DNA of 52,268 nucleotides, filler included, from Sphacelaria rigidula (GCA_964200075.2; 3 parts of 3 records of this genome joined end to end with filler, not necessarily neighbours in it); one strand, 5' to 3'. Shown: positions 13,201 to 25,900, counted from the whole stretch's first letter. Numbers and translations: made by a program. The notes: generated by a model from the sequence alone, not told the origin.

Positions 13201-16200
13201 GTGACCCCGGCTGATGCGCCCACATATACCAAAGGGTGTAGACCGGCGTCAAGAGTAGATGGGACGACAACAGACAAAACACACACACAAACCACACCAA
13301 CGTTGGAGGGGCGACACTATACGAACATGAAACCCCCGTGGTGACATGAGCATTGCAGTGACACGGACAAAGTGCCGTAGTACACACGAGGCACTACAGA
13401 AGAGGTGAACAGGGGGTTGGATTTCGGTGTGATGGTCGAAGGATCTCGCTCAAGTCTTTTGCATTTTGGAACCCTACCTGTACGCTAAACGGACGGCCTC
13501 TTCGGGGAGGGGAGGGGAGGAGGGGGCGGTTGGAATAGCCGTTCTTGGTGAAAACGTCTACAAATAAAACGTCGCTACCATGCACATGCCACGCGCCATG
13601 AAGGCCTGTACGTGAACCATGACCAGCAGCATATTGCCCTTTCAGGGCAGCAAACGGTAGCGTGAACGCGCCAGCATGATATGCGGTCATGGAAGTATGG
13701 AGAAATCGGCACACACAGCAGAATAGGCGCCTATTGGCTAGAAGTTGCAAGTGTTGGTTCTGGGTAACCGGTGCGAACCGCCCATGTCCATTCAGCGTCA
13801 ATCTATACCGACAATATTTGCCCTCCAATACATGGCGGAGTGTTACTGGACATATTATCGGGCCGAAAGGATGGATAGTCTGGAATGCCTGCACAACTAG
13901 TTGGATGCTAAATGGGGAGGAATTTTGAGTGGGTTCGGAATATTTGTCTGTGAACACGCAACGCTTGCAGAAAAGTCATGATCACGCATGATGCCGCGCG
14001 TCATAGCTATTCACGCACAAGCCGTGGTCGGCAGTATATTGCGTTCCCAGAACAGCGAAGCAGCAGCGACGGGGTTGCGCCAGCTGTAGACGTGGCCATG
14101 AACATACAAACATGTCAGACACATAAATGATGTAGTACCACGAAGAGAATTACGTGCACCCTCGTTTCTCTTCCACAACACAACGCTGCTACACTTATGG
14201 AGGCTTAGACTTATTTTGTAACACTGCTAGCAAGCGCCCATCTCCGTTCAGCGTCTTTTTAACGCTGTAAAAATATCGTACGACAAGCCGCGGGACTATA
14301 AGCGGACGAAATCTTGCAACAGATCCATGGGCATTCAAGCAATTGATGGTAACTATCCGAGCGCCCACAGATGGACAAATCGTCTTGCAGCCAATAACAA
14401 AGGTCACGTCATGTCGATTCATGAAATGGACACCCTGGGCGTTTTATTGCGTTTTGCCAGGACGGGCTAGTACTACAGAGGCGGCACCGTACATGGGGTA
14501 CATGAAGCACGTCGGTACACCAAGACAGGGTGCGATTTGTATCCCCACGGTTGTACCTTATCGAGAGTGATAAATCGCTCCTCTCAGAACAGTTTTTCTC
14601 AAGATCGTCCGTGATTGGTCGCTGCGATAGCACCCACTGAAAAAAGTCTGCAAAAGTTGTCGTTGCAAAACACACACTTCTCATTGAAGTTTTGACAGAT
14701 TTTACCAACACCGTGCACGAAGCGTTCAGTTCATGAATAGCGACGGTTCGAGCTGTGCGTTGCCAGTCAACAGAGGCAAAAAGTTCTCCACGTTCGAGAA
14801 TGCGGCGGGTCCAGCATTGGTCGGTGGTCCAACATTTCAGTGCTGGTACAGGAATGATGGTAGAAGGAAGTGCGACACCTACACACCGAGCCCCGAAAAA
14901 CGCATAGATGCCCACCGCTCACGCGACTAGTTCCACCGGTCGTCAGCTTTTGCTCATCTACGTAGCAGTCTGTCTCACAGAAGTCCGTTCAGTATTGGAG
15001 GGTGGCCGAATGAATGTCATTGTGACCGAAAACGTGACGTTGCTGAAACTCATGTGGGTGTTTTCGCGCGCGTCTGATATAAACTACTGTTTTTCGTTGA
15101 ATTCTAAACCAATTGGCTGAAGCAACGCACGACGCACAGCATGCTCAGCTGATTAGCAGCTATGAGCTATGGCTTGAGCTTATTTTCCTTGTTCGCGAGG
15201 GTAGTAGGGCCCTCAGTCATGTCTTTGTGTTGGCTTGTGTATCACAACTTTGCATGCTCCCCCGCGGATACTACGTTCATGTTACCCTACAAGTAAACCG
15301 ATCGGCGGTTCGCGCAAAAACAGACTTTGATTTTCATCTGGTCTTCTCGGGGGGTGGTATGTGCTATCGCGGAGACTAATCACGGGGGATGACATCATAG
15401 AAAACAGATTTTGAGCAAAAAGATATGCCTCGATATAAACACGGCTCGAGGCACAGCCTGACGACTGGGCGAAATTTACATACCGGCTGTCCGGCACCGT
15501 GAAGTACACGCAATATACTATGGACGATACGGGAATGCTGGACATACGCGGCACTGCACTATCGGTACTACTGTACTGTCGGGAGGTGAATGATCTCGTA
15601 TGCTCGTAGCTGACGGTTTCATCAAATTACGAACACTCGCATGATGCTACTGTTGTACTGTACCACAAAGTGACTATAATATACTGTACAGTATTGTGCA
15701 CCGTTGCTGCGCTGTACTTGGTCAGTCAAGCAGAAGCAAGGCTGGCGCACAGATATAAATCTCTACTACAGACAGTGTAACTGCCTACACAGGGTCAACT
15801 TTTGTCAGAGTGCTCTCAGATTTCAACGCTTGATACTTTTACTGGACCGTGCATACTGCATACAAAGGTCGACACAAGTCATCCCTCTTCAAACACAGCC
15901 TAGCTCCGTGTATTGCGAAACTGCTGGATAAGATCCGTCCCGTCATGTACCGTACACCTCCGCAGTAACGGTTTCGCAAAACGCTGAGTAACTCCTACAC
16001 CCAAATGGTTGCGTATTCACGCACCGCACGGGCACCTCCACGCTGGCTAGGTCCCAAAAGCCTTGCATGAATTTGCTGAAGGCCGGGTTCGCGGCTTTTC
16101 TCGCCGCCATACTGCCTTCGCCCCCATCGCCCTGGTCACCCATCTCATCTGTGGATTCCACTCTCTCTCGGTCTGTATCGTGGCTGTTGCTCACATCATC

Positions 16201-16227
16201 CCCCACGTCCATAGCAACAGCTGTCAT
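1240..16227 (-). CDS. MYBBP1A: MYB-binding protein 1A / Pol5 (DNA polymerase phi/V) family nucleolar protein, 17 exons, 3' end not found in this contig
   Basis: Exons (minus): 16227-16025, 12545-12374, 11975-11805, 11212-11048, 10693-10547, 9875-9648, 9029-8871, 8520-8416, 8050-7978, 7795-7559, 5618-5321, 5088-4880, 4548-4455, 4121-4015, 3131-2965, 2155-1940, 1383-1240. All junctions have AG acceptors and GT donors (one GC), with consistent phases, totalling 2895 nt = 965 codons and no stop. Family motifs: FWDLAS..R, YAVKRLVRG..SSR..ARQGF..CLAE, LGRLIG, FPKVHSVW, RELCRSKFFSL, an acidic D/E tract, DQALA, and RLRALDFLE. The start ATG could instead be 16212. Confidence 0.88.
1387..1464. repeat. 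Perfect 39-bp tandem duplication next to a splice acceptor
   Basis: aacggaaaacgtgaacgtagaagcatcacaagtgacagc at 1387-1425 and 1426-1464. Confidence 0.95.
1741..1840 (+). mobile_element. 3' end of a SINE/LINE-type retroposon (family C)
   Basis: gagatgg..tgatccct..gaccacggactc.tcc.gagg..ttcaaagtgcgac plus an A-rich microsatellite tail. Matches about 51825-51910 and, inverted, 2570-2625. Confidence 0.65.
2570..2625 (-). mobile_element. Family C fragment, reverse orientation
   Basis: Reverse complement atatcgggggagagatgtgttgatcactagagaatgactacgggctcgtcccgga aligns with 1741-1792. Confidence 0.55.
12935..13297 (+). mobile_element. tRNA-derived SINE, apparently full length (family A)
   Basis: Pol III A box TGGCTCAGTTGG (12942-12953), B box GGTTCAATTC (12986-12995), a body of about 280 bp shared with 27630-27925 and 45012-45115, and a (CA)n tail. 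Confidence 0.78.
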
Positions 16228-16493
16228 GACGGTACGTGATAGTAAGTTCTCTGCCAACTGTGTCGAAAACAGTCAAAACGTTGAAAGCGGTGGTACCCCT
16301 GATGGAGAGCGCCTGGTCGCTCGTGTGGCGTGTCAAAGCTGGCCACCACCAACGAGGCTATCGAAACTAAGAGGTTTTTCGTCGTTACAGTAGATCTTCT
16401 GAAGTTCTGTCCCGTCGGTCGTTGCCTCCACGGCGAAATCCGCTCCTAATTCTGCGCCCGGAGCCGGGCCCGCATGTATTCAGCACGAGACTA

Positions 16494-16733
16494 CTGCCGA
16501 GATAGCCCCCCCCCCGAACCGGCCCAAAAAGTACACGAAGGCGATGGCCATAAATGCCGTTAGAGCTGGCTTGGTGCTGCACGACGCGACTCATTTGGGC
16601 ATTATAGCTGATTTTGGATTGCTACACGCCTCCCGCGTGGGCGAAATTGCTGCAAATGAGCGCAGTAATGGGATCGCAGCCGGTTTGTCGGCCGGTCTCC
16701 GGTGCACTTTTTGTGGGGGGGCTATCTCGGCAT
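16494..16733. mobile_element. MITE family M1 (about 240 bp, TA TSD)
   Basis: Perfect TIR tgccgagatagcccccc (16495-) / ggggggctatctcggca (-16732), flanked by TA at 16492-16493 and 16734-16735. Related copies at 22668-22918 and about 37935-38168. Confidence 0.85.
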
Positions 16734-16831
16734 TAGCCACGAGTATGGTTACGGTGTTGGATAAACAGAGAGTGACATGCATCAATGGTGCAGCAGGAAT
16801 TTTGGCATTGGTCTCCTCTCGAGTGATGCTA

Positions 16832-17045
16832 CGGTAGGGGTGCACAAATATCTTCTGAGGTTAGAATTGTTAGGAGCCCTTCATCTCATGCGAGAGTACT
16901 CCAGGATTACTATTATTATTATGTGCTGGGGATATCCCGAAAAAATCTGCCGACGGGGATGCCCCAACCCATATTCTTATGCGTCTAGCATCTTGAGGAG
17001 CCCCTGAATCAGACAAAAAATCGCGAAAAAAGTGCACCCCTACCA
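16832..17045. mobile_element. MITE-like element with 13-bp TIR
   Basis: ggtaggggtgcac (16833-16845) / gtgcacccctacc (17032-17044), with TA on the left flank. Confidence 0.55.
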
Positions 17046-17360
17046 GAGTATTGCTCTCTCTACAAAGCGTCGGAGACCTTTTTTTCATTAACTTTGTTGC
17101 AGTATAATTACGGCCATTCTTCTTGCTGGGGTTGTTGTTGTTGTTGTTGTCTTCACACGAAAAACCGTTCCGATATCTTCGCACAGTACTGTGTACTGGG
17201 GATCTGATGCGGAGGCCTTCCGTGGTCCCAGGCTAACTACCCCAAGCTAGGGCAGAAAATCATCACATGAAATCGGACCCAGAAACAATTCCATACGTCG
17301 GACGAGCCATCACTCGTCGAGACGAGTGCACTCGTTGATGTTTTTCGAAGACACAACGAG

Positions 17361-17460
17361 NNNNNNNNNNNNNNNNNNNNNNNNNNNNNNNNNNNNNNNN
17401 NNNNTTAATTAATTAANNNNNNNNNNNNNNNNNNNNNNNNNNNNNNNNNNNNNNNNNNNN
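17361..17460. other. Artificial contig-join spacer (N44-TTAATTAATTAA-N44)
   Basis: Exactly 100 nt with a central six-frame-stop linker at 17405-17416. Confidence 0.97.
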
Positions 17461-18992
17461 TATCTTGCATTTGGATGACAGCCTACGATGAGTTGCTTTA
17501 TTATCTGGAATCGCCACTTCCTGAGACAGCGACGGAGGGGGTGGGGGGAGGGGGGGAGGGGGGGGAATTTCTTGATTTTACACACCAGACAGTTGCATAA
17601 GCCCGTTCACGTCTGTTCGAGTAACTCTTGGAAAAACTAGAGTCCTTACTTGCTTGACACTTTCGGATACCGGTTTTATCTTCACACGAAACGAGAGCCA
17701 AAAAATAAAATAAGAAGACGAAACAGGGGTAAGGACTGGTCAGGTCAGCCATATACTTGCGCTCATAATGAAGTTATCCTGACGAAAAAAAACATGGGCG
17801 TGTCGGGCAATATCGGGTATACCCGATGTTTGGGTATTTTGAAAACTCGCGCGCACCACCTATCCAAGTCAGTCATAAATACTTGTATGGGCTTTGAGAG
17901 AGGGAAACCACAGCACTGGACTGACTGCTGTTGCAGGCATAGGTCGGATCTCCACTTAAAAAAAAACCAATATCGGGTATACCCTCTCTACCTGACACGG
18001 CCCTTGGAAGTTTCTGAAACTGTTTATCGATATTGATGTATCGAGTATCGTAAAACAAGCAACGGTAATCGGCAAAGATCCATGGGATGTGGGGGACACG
18101 TCGTCGTCGCATTTTCTACAGTCATGCCCGTGAATGGGGCCCGATTTTGGGCACTATAGATTGGGAAAATGGACCGACAAACTACACAGTCAGTTCACTG
18201 CAGAAGAAAAGAAACCTAAATGAGCCAGTCAGTATTGATCACAAGTACATGCGTCACTTGAAATGACGACGGCGCTCAGAAAAATCGTATTACTACTGTT
18301 GTATATTCTACAACAAAGCTGTGACTGACGTTGCCGTACACCTGTACACAAGGTTACAACAAGAGGAAAAAAGCTGCTGCTCGTGTTGTTGTGCCCCTCT
18401 TGTTACAGTATGCTGTCATGCCTACCTTTCAACCAATTTTTCTGGGCAACGAAGCAGAGGATTGGACTGCGGTTTGATGCGTGCGCTCCCAACACACCCG
18501 AACTATTCAGTGTGGCAGCAGGTTTCCGTAACGCGTGCCGCCGAAGCCGCAGCACTTTGCAAACCGCTGCACCAAACACAAAAATGTACTAAAAAACGCG
18601 TTTCCTTCAACGTTCTAGGGCTTTTCGGGTCCACTGTGGCGAATTGAGCAACTCCGTCGCCACACTGAGTAAGTGTAGTGTGTGTGCGGGGGGCTGTGAA
18701 GTGCCACAGGCCAGTTTGGTTTCTGTCTCGAAAACTATGCGATAAAAAAAATCACAGCTGTCGCATACGAAACCTAGGTAACTTAGTATGGGGCGTGCTT
18801 TCTGTTTGGCAGAGGCTCGGCAGAGGTCCATCCGACCAGTCTTTGACGTCTTCAATCCGTGTTCAATATCCCTCCGCATTCAATTTTTTTCGTGTTACCC
18901 GCGGATTTTTGGTCGCCGAGGCCTTCATTCACGGGCATAGCAGTCTCAGCGGAGCGCTGGGGACATGGAAAACAAGAGACTCAAAAGTGTAC

Positions 18993-19198
18993 GGGACTTA
19001 GGCGGATGTCGGCACATTGGAATGATTAGCTCTGCTCGTTAAGTAAGGTTTTGCATTCTCATCGCTCGACCATTTGTTCTTGAAAATACAAGTTTGGCCA
19101 AGAAAAAAAGCGGCCAGCGGAAAACGAAAAATGTATGCTGGAACGGCTTCAACTAGTGGAGCAAGTCATTCCAAGGTGTCAACATCCGCCTAGATCTC
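18993..19198. repeat. Long imperfect foldback (about 205 nt); palindromic MITE or pre-miRNA
   Basis: taggcggatgtcggcacattggaatgattagctc pairs with gagcaagtcattccaaggtgtcaacatccgccta. An inner ttcttg/caagaa stem closes a short loop. Confidence 0.75.
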
Positions 19199-20270
19199 TG
19201 ATAATAAAACTCAGGAGGATCAGAAAGACAATTCCCAACAATATTTTTTCTTGGCACACAAGAAGTAGCCTTAGATAAGGTGACAGGAGTTAAGTCACAT
19301 GGAGTATCGCCTGTAGCTTTAGGAATGACATATTCCCTTTCGCTGCATTTTCCAGGCCATTTCTGTAGGCGTCGGGAGTCGAATGCTCACAGAGATATTC
19401 ATGAAGCCCAAGAATGACAGTGATCGTGCTAGTCTAGCATCCCTTCTTGTAACCGATTCTACCTTTTTCTGGGATCTCGACCGTTGAAATGCCCAATACC
19501 CTCGAAATAATTTCACATTTACTCCGCATCTTGGACCATTTAGAAAAAAATAGGTGGATTGCAGTAGTTTTGACACGAATGTTCACACGTTTTCCTGTAG
19601 GCAAGCCCGAGGTCCTCAGTACTCGATCCTTTGTAAGATCAGCCGGCATGCTCGATTCCTCTTGGTCATCGGCCGCTATGAGTGTACGGACGGAGACGAA
19701 GAGTTCTAGAAACACTTTCACGTTTGTTTCATTTCTCACACCCTGTTTAAAAGAGCTGGAAGACCTAAAACCACGCAAGCTTTTTCTGAAGGCAAGAGCC
19801 CGAGCTCGCCGGCGGGCGTGCCAATTGCTTTTCGTTCGATTTCACCGGACTCTGGGGGACCCGCTCCCGCGCGGGAAATTGTCGAAGACCCAAAGAACCC
19901 TGCGAAACAGACCGAAATTCAGAAGGAACATACACTGGCGACCTCAGGCTCACGTTGAGGAAAACGTGTGCGAACTACGTTATCCGAATTCTTGAAAACG
20001 GGGTGAGATATGACTGTCGGAGAAGTTTGTGGGACGCCCTCGGAGCAGCCTGTACGAGAGAGGGAGGGCGAGCGAACTTCCCGTTGCTGAAGGTTTCACG
20101 GTCTACTTCCGTTGACACGGGAGCAGGGCACAGTACGAGAACACGGCACAATCCCTACGTGCGAGTTGGAGCAGGTCAGGCGGCGCAAGTCATATTCACC
20201 CACGAGCCGTACAGGCACATGCCAACACAACCGGATCGACCGGTAACAGCACGCAGGCATAAATAAATAG

Positions 20271-20528
20271 CACACGTCGGACAGATCATGATCCGCCTGA
20301 AAATTACTTCTTCTCAGCCTACTGATCTAGATCATGATCCGGATATTTGGTCCCCCTTCCCTATGCTTGCTCTCCGCTACGCCGTGCACCGAGCACGCTG
20401 AGTGGCGCAGAGGTTACGTTTTGGCTTTGCTGACTCCGCGGTCAAGTACTACGTGTTTTTGCATCAACGGATCCGAGAGCCTCCCGTGATGAGTTATTTC
20501 AGACAGATCATGATCTATCCGACGTTTG
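20271..20528. mobile_element. MITE with imperfect TIRs of about 35 bp
   Basis: Left cacacgtcggacagatcatgatccgcctgaaa; reverse complement of the right end caaacgtcggatagatcatgatctgtctgaaa. AT-rich flanks. Confidence 0.75.
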
Positions 20529-21233
20529 ATATATATAACAAAACACAGCTTAGCTCAGCATAGTGCGGTAACAACACTCTAGGCAGCAAACATTGGACAA
20601 CAGACTACGTTGTCAAAAAATCTACTGCGTAACAGTACAGTACAGTAGTATCGACTATTTAGTATATTGCAACAGAATTCCACACTGTACGCAGTACATT
20701 TTTTTTCCAGAGTAACCCTTTTTTGTCCAGGGTGTGATAAGCAGGCGTAAGACACACGATACAGGACATGTACTGTTGGTACACGGCTAGTTTCGTCAGT
20801 ACACAGAACAATCAGCTGCTGCTACCAGGAGCATGGGTACAGTGCAGTACAGCATTATGATACCGTGCAAGACCTGCAGCACACATAGGCACAACGTATT
20901 CCAGAAAAATAGACGGTACACCTACCAATCAGAGCACGCCATACAGGTACAAAGGGCGTGGACTGGCGATTCATGAATATAAAAAGCCCTGGTATAAATC
21001 AAAAGGCTACGTACGGGCTGGGCCAGTCGTGAAATGTATAATCCCTCAGCACACAAAAACTTCTTCAGTTTCCTGAATCAACCCCATTCGAGCTCATCGC
21101 TGAGATCTGCATACCAACCTGGGTATGCACGGCTTCGCCGCTGTTCGATTAGGGCAGTTTTGGCGATGACGTTACTGTACTGCATTGAGTACCGGGTGCA
21201 TATCATTTCGTGCCGTGCGACCGTATTCCGAGT

Positions 21234-21556
21234 TATTTTTTTCCTTTCAACGCGGCGGAATCAGGTATGACAACTTTGACACGCATAGTCAAGGGTGCAC
21301 TGGGGATATGCTGCAAGATGGCATCAATCTCATTAGCAGCTCTATCATGGGAAGGAACCTCCGAGCCGACTGTTACATACAACGAGCACAGGCACAAGTA
21401 TGCAACTGAGATTTGGCTGCGACACTTTCCCTCGATCGGATCCCCAACGGTAATCGTCTTTTCTCGCAGTTGGAGGAAAAAAACGGCCGTGTCGTGATTC
21501 GAACTCGCTTCCTGTGTAAACGGAGGCTCCTCTACTACTTGGACCCCCCGGGTGCC
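21234..21556 (-). mobile_element. Second tRNA-derived SINE (family B)
   Basis: The minus strand reads ggtccaagtagtagagg (A-box-like), ccgtttacacagg (TAC anticodon-like loop), gagttcgaatca (B box, 21495-21506), then about 260 bp ending in an A-rich tail gaaaggaaaaaaa. Confidence 0.55.
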
Positions 21557-22667
21557 AGCGTTGTCACACAAGCATTTCTACGCTGGGCCAATATTTTGGA
21601 TTTTTTCGCCGAATTTTTACCAGGATCTCCTGTGCGCAGGTACAAAATTAGTGACGGGGGATGCCACCGTTTTTCTTCTTCACGGAGTTATGATATTTTC
21701 TACTTTTTGTTGGAATCTCAAGTCACCATAACTCTCCGTTTTTTCTTCTTTCTTTCTTGGCATCCCCGGAGATGCTGCGCGTGTTGACGATACTCGTTCG
21801 ACCATCTGATTGGTCAACACAAACGAAATTCTTGTCGATGGTGACTGCGAAACAAGTAGCTGTACCGGAAGGTTTGTTTACTCTGCCTCCCTGCCCCCTC
21901 CCCGCATGCTCCGCCCCGGCTTTGTAGGGATGCGAAGTCAATGGTCCTATGACAAAGGCATGTAATAGCACGAGTACACCCGCCCCCCCCCTAGGGATAA
22001 CCAGCCTGTACCTCAGACATGGGAGAGTATCTAGCAATGATAATCAAGTAGAATCTCCAGAATGGCGACCGACAACTAGAGGACATGACCCGACTACTAG
22101 CGGTAACACACAAGCGGTCGCGCGTTTGACTAAATCTTCAAACCAGGCTTCGAGCCTCGAACGTCTGGCTGCCCCGCTTGCATCAACAGCCCATCTCCTG
22201 CGCGTCATATCGGTGAGGATCTAGGAGGTCTAGTCCATGTCTGTGCGTTGCCGGATGGTGATATATTGGCGAAAAAACTGCGCATGGATCCGGTTGCTCA
22301 TGCAGCTGCATGTGCTCCCTTCGTACAGCATCACCCTTTGTCATTTTCCAAATCATGCGCAGTGACCCACACCCACACGCACACCGATGAGTTCAGATGT
22401 GCACCCCACCTACCGACGCATAGCGGCTTAGACGCACACTTCACCAATCCAAGAGAGCTACAAGATATGCGACAAACCCAACGCAGATGGCTCATCTGTC
22501 CGCCCAACAAACGCGAATGATCCAGGTGGACGCCGCGCCCCCGTAGATAGGCTACACTCATCTCTCAACACACACTGAAGATCGATGACATGGCTTTAGG
22601 GCTTCCATTAGCTGCAGTTCAGGTAGAAGTCAGGGATCAGTTCTCACGTGGCTCGGTGTCCGAGTGA

Positions 22668-22918
22668 TGCCAGGGTAGCCTTCCCCCCTCCCTCCCCCCC
22701 AAAAGGCTGGTATCAGAAGGCAAAATTTAAATGTAAACGAAAGTGACAAAAGCCGAGTACAGATTAAGTAGGTGGTGACGCCCATGCTTGGGATCATTTG
22801 CCAATGTTGCCCATATGAAGGGCTTCATGGAGTCCGAAACCAGCAATCATGCGCCGTATGGCCATTTTCTTCGTGCCAGTTTTGGGACTGGTTTGGGGGG
22901 GGGGGCAATATCGCGGTA
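22668..22918. mobile_element. MITE family M1, diverged copy (opposite orientation to 16494-16733)
   Basis: Poly-C/poly-G termini. The internal tatggccatt..cttcgtg..ttttgggactggtttgggggg is the reverse complement of the 16510-16560 sequence. Confidence 0.65.
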
Positions 22919-25900
22919 TCGCTTGTCCACGGATATATTTTTTCATGGGCGGACGGAAACGATGAATGGTACTGTAAAAGTGACTCACCATATTTTCTCT
23001 TTTCTTTTCATGTTTTCCATCAAATTCAAACCTCTCCCCTTCCTCAGGAATAGCCGTAGGCTTCGGGGATCAATCCACCTCTCTCCCGCACACGTGACAT
23101 TTTCCACGTGTTGGTGTCCTCCCACGGTGTAATTGGGGGGAGGAGGGGAGGAGGGGGGATGAGGTGCTACCGCCGCGCCAAGCAGTTACTCCTAATATCA
23201 ACTGTCCCTCGGTTTGTCGGGCGATCTCCTGTTGTTCACGCTCGCAATTTCCGGGCTGTTTTCTGCCATTTTCAGGAATCCCGCCGTCTTCATCAATCAG
23301 ATGGCCATACATCGGGCGCGTGTAAGTCATGTTGCTTCGGCAACGTTGTGCCCGAAATTGTCCCACGAGTGCGCTAGTGTAACTGAGTGTGACCGCTCTC
23401 CTCAGACAAGTTATCTTTCAGTACAAAGCCCGCTATTGGGCGGGTCCAACAAGCCAGCGGAGCAAATCCCTTTGTTTCGGTGTCGACATAACTGAAGCGT
23501 TGTGACGTACATACCCACATTATTGGCCGTGAAGACTACCATCTTCTACTGCCCGAGCATCCGTGCACTTGCGATCAAGTCAATAAACGTCCGAATGCAT
23601 ATTGTCACACATACAACCCAAAATGATCACCACCGCTTCGGAGTCAACGAAAGGGTTGACCATATGACCCTCAGAGTGGATGGCGTGCGTCTCAGCCATT
23701 TCTTCACGTGAAAACAATGCCGGTTCGACGTATGACCCACCATGATGTTCAAGGAGCCGACCTGCACGTAAGAAAAAAAAAAATGCAAAACTGTGTCGTT
23801 GTACCTCGACGATGTGACACGTGTGTGCCGGGGTAGGGGGCGACAGGGACGGGTAGCAAGGGTGGCACGGACTCCCTCTTGACCGATTATTATGGATCCG
23901 CTGAGTGAAAACGTTGTGAAAGGTCAGGAAGCTGATTGTTCCGTGCTGGCGGCAAGGACAAGGCGGCGTTGGCGTACGCGAACATGGCAGAACTACGCCA
24001 TGGATATCCACTCGAGGCGTGACCTTCCTCGCTCTAGGACCGACGAAGCTCAACACACAGGACAGACAGTAGTAAGACATTCTCGTCGTTTGCGAAACAA
24101 CCCGCTTTGAGCCTCAACTGGACCTGATTGTAGGTGGTGTGAACCGTACCATGTTCTCTTGCCCACGGATCCCGAGTACACATCGAGTTCTCGTGCGGGA
24201 TGAGTACGCGCAACTACAGTAAACTCTGTAGTGTTGGAGACAAAGATGGAAAATATACTGGGTCAAGTACCGCCGTTCGCCTCAAGTTCACAACATTGCT
24301 GCAACGGCAGCCTCCGCGGATAATCAACCCGCGAGCTTCAACAAAACTGGACGAGAAGCCGGATCTTGGCTTCATGGGTTACTACGGCAACGGACGGTAC
24401 TGCACGATGCCTTCTCTTGACTTCGGGAAGCCACTGACGTTTATTTTTGCTTTGGTCCAAAAACGCTATCTTCGCTGCGGGCTGATGCGCTCGTTGGTCT
24501 CACAAACCCGGCTTTGCTCCTCGGGGCGTTATTTGACCTCGTGGTGGAAAATGACTCCACAGAAGCAGGCAATATTTTGACTTGATTTTTGTGTACTTCG
24601 TTGGTCTGGTTGGTGTCTGTTCTGCACGAAAAAGACCCTATGAGCAGCGACAGATAAGAATAAAAACGTGAAGACTGATAAGAGTGTCGCCCCATCACCG
24701 CACTGTGGATAGATAAGAAGAGGACGATGACACGAGAACACAGCCCATCGTCATCGATCCTGCAATGCCCGACATTGCATAGCATATACTGTACCCAAAC
24801 TGTCGGCAAAACCTACCACCCGCATGACAGGGGGTACATGCAAAAGTGCCCGGTCAAGCCAATCGTACTGAGCTTCCACAACAAGTCCACTACACCAACA
24901 GTTTTTGCACGGGCGCCCGCGCACACACGTACACACGACACCCCGGATAACCCAACAGAACACATTTCTCTACTTCTCACCTAGCTCTGTTCATGGCGGT
25001 ACTAATGGCTGAACCTGGTAGTCCCTGCTTCACCCTCGCCCCCTTCTCTATCCCTCCTCCTGCTCTCACAACTCCAACACCTCGAGCTCCAAGGGACCTG
25101 TGCAAAACCCGCGCCACGCCGCCTGTCACCCCAACCCCAAGAGAACAACACCACTCAGTCCTTGTTAGACGCTTCGGTTCAAGGGCAACCAAGCCTCTCA
25201 ATCACTGTTTCTCAAGATTGCTAGAGAGGGAGAAGATAATATGGAGGCCGTTGTTATTAACCTCTTCTTTCTGCTCTCCAACTCAACGTGCGACCCCTGC
25301 CTGCCTGTGGCTTGTTTGGAATTTGCAACAGGCAGTCTGGGCAAGAGCATAACTATATTAGCGTTGTCTTGCAATCATCGTCACATTGGTATCAATGGTG
25401 TTATCGTTCCCGTTGTCGAAGCATGCACTCCCTGGGTTGCTGCAGTGTAGTAATAATAAGTGAAAAGGGGGAGGGGGTCGCTTCAGGTGTACAGTACCGC
25501 AGCCTACGAATGCATAGTTCTCGCCGGTACTTAAGTCCGAGTCTTCCGATGGTATGCCCATGCGACTCATACCCGTTAAACTATTCACGGGCTACGAGTA
25601 TGCTACAACCGTACTAATCGAAATCAGTGGTGACATGACTTATGATCGTGTCAGAAATTATTTCCCCGAGTGACTCCGATGGACTCATCACCCTTCCTCC
25701 TATTGCTGACTCTTGATGTATATTCCAACGAAGACTCGTATTGCACGAATAAGCCGCAGCAGACTCGTTGATGTGCTCACAATATTTCGTCTGAGCTACA
25801 ACATGCAGCAAACTGCATGTGTGGAGGGCACAATATTATAAGGCGCTCGTATATTATCCCCCCCTTCCTTCAGCGGTGTTTGCCATGTATGTGATTTCCA

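Noticed and set aside
17405..17416. TTAATTAATTAA as a biological motif or piggyBac site
   Set aside because: Embedded symmetrically in Ns twice; a synthetic linker.
18119..18940. DNA transposon of about 820 bp defined by atgcccgtgaatg / cattcacgggcat
   Set aside because: The 13-bp inverted match is real, but the outer termini and TSD do not agree, so a single element is not supported.
19300..20000. hAT-like transposase
   Set aside because: The frames look coding-like, but I could not identify any diagnostic catalytic or dimerisation motif.
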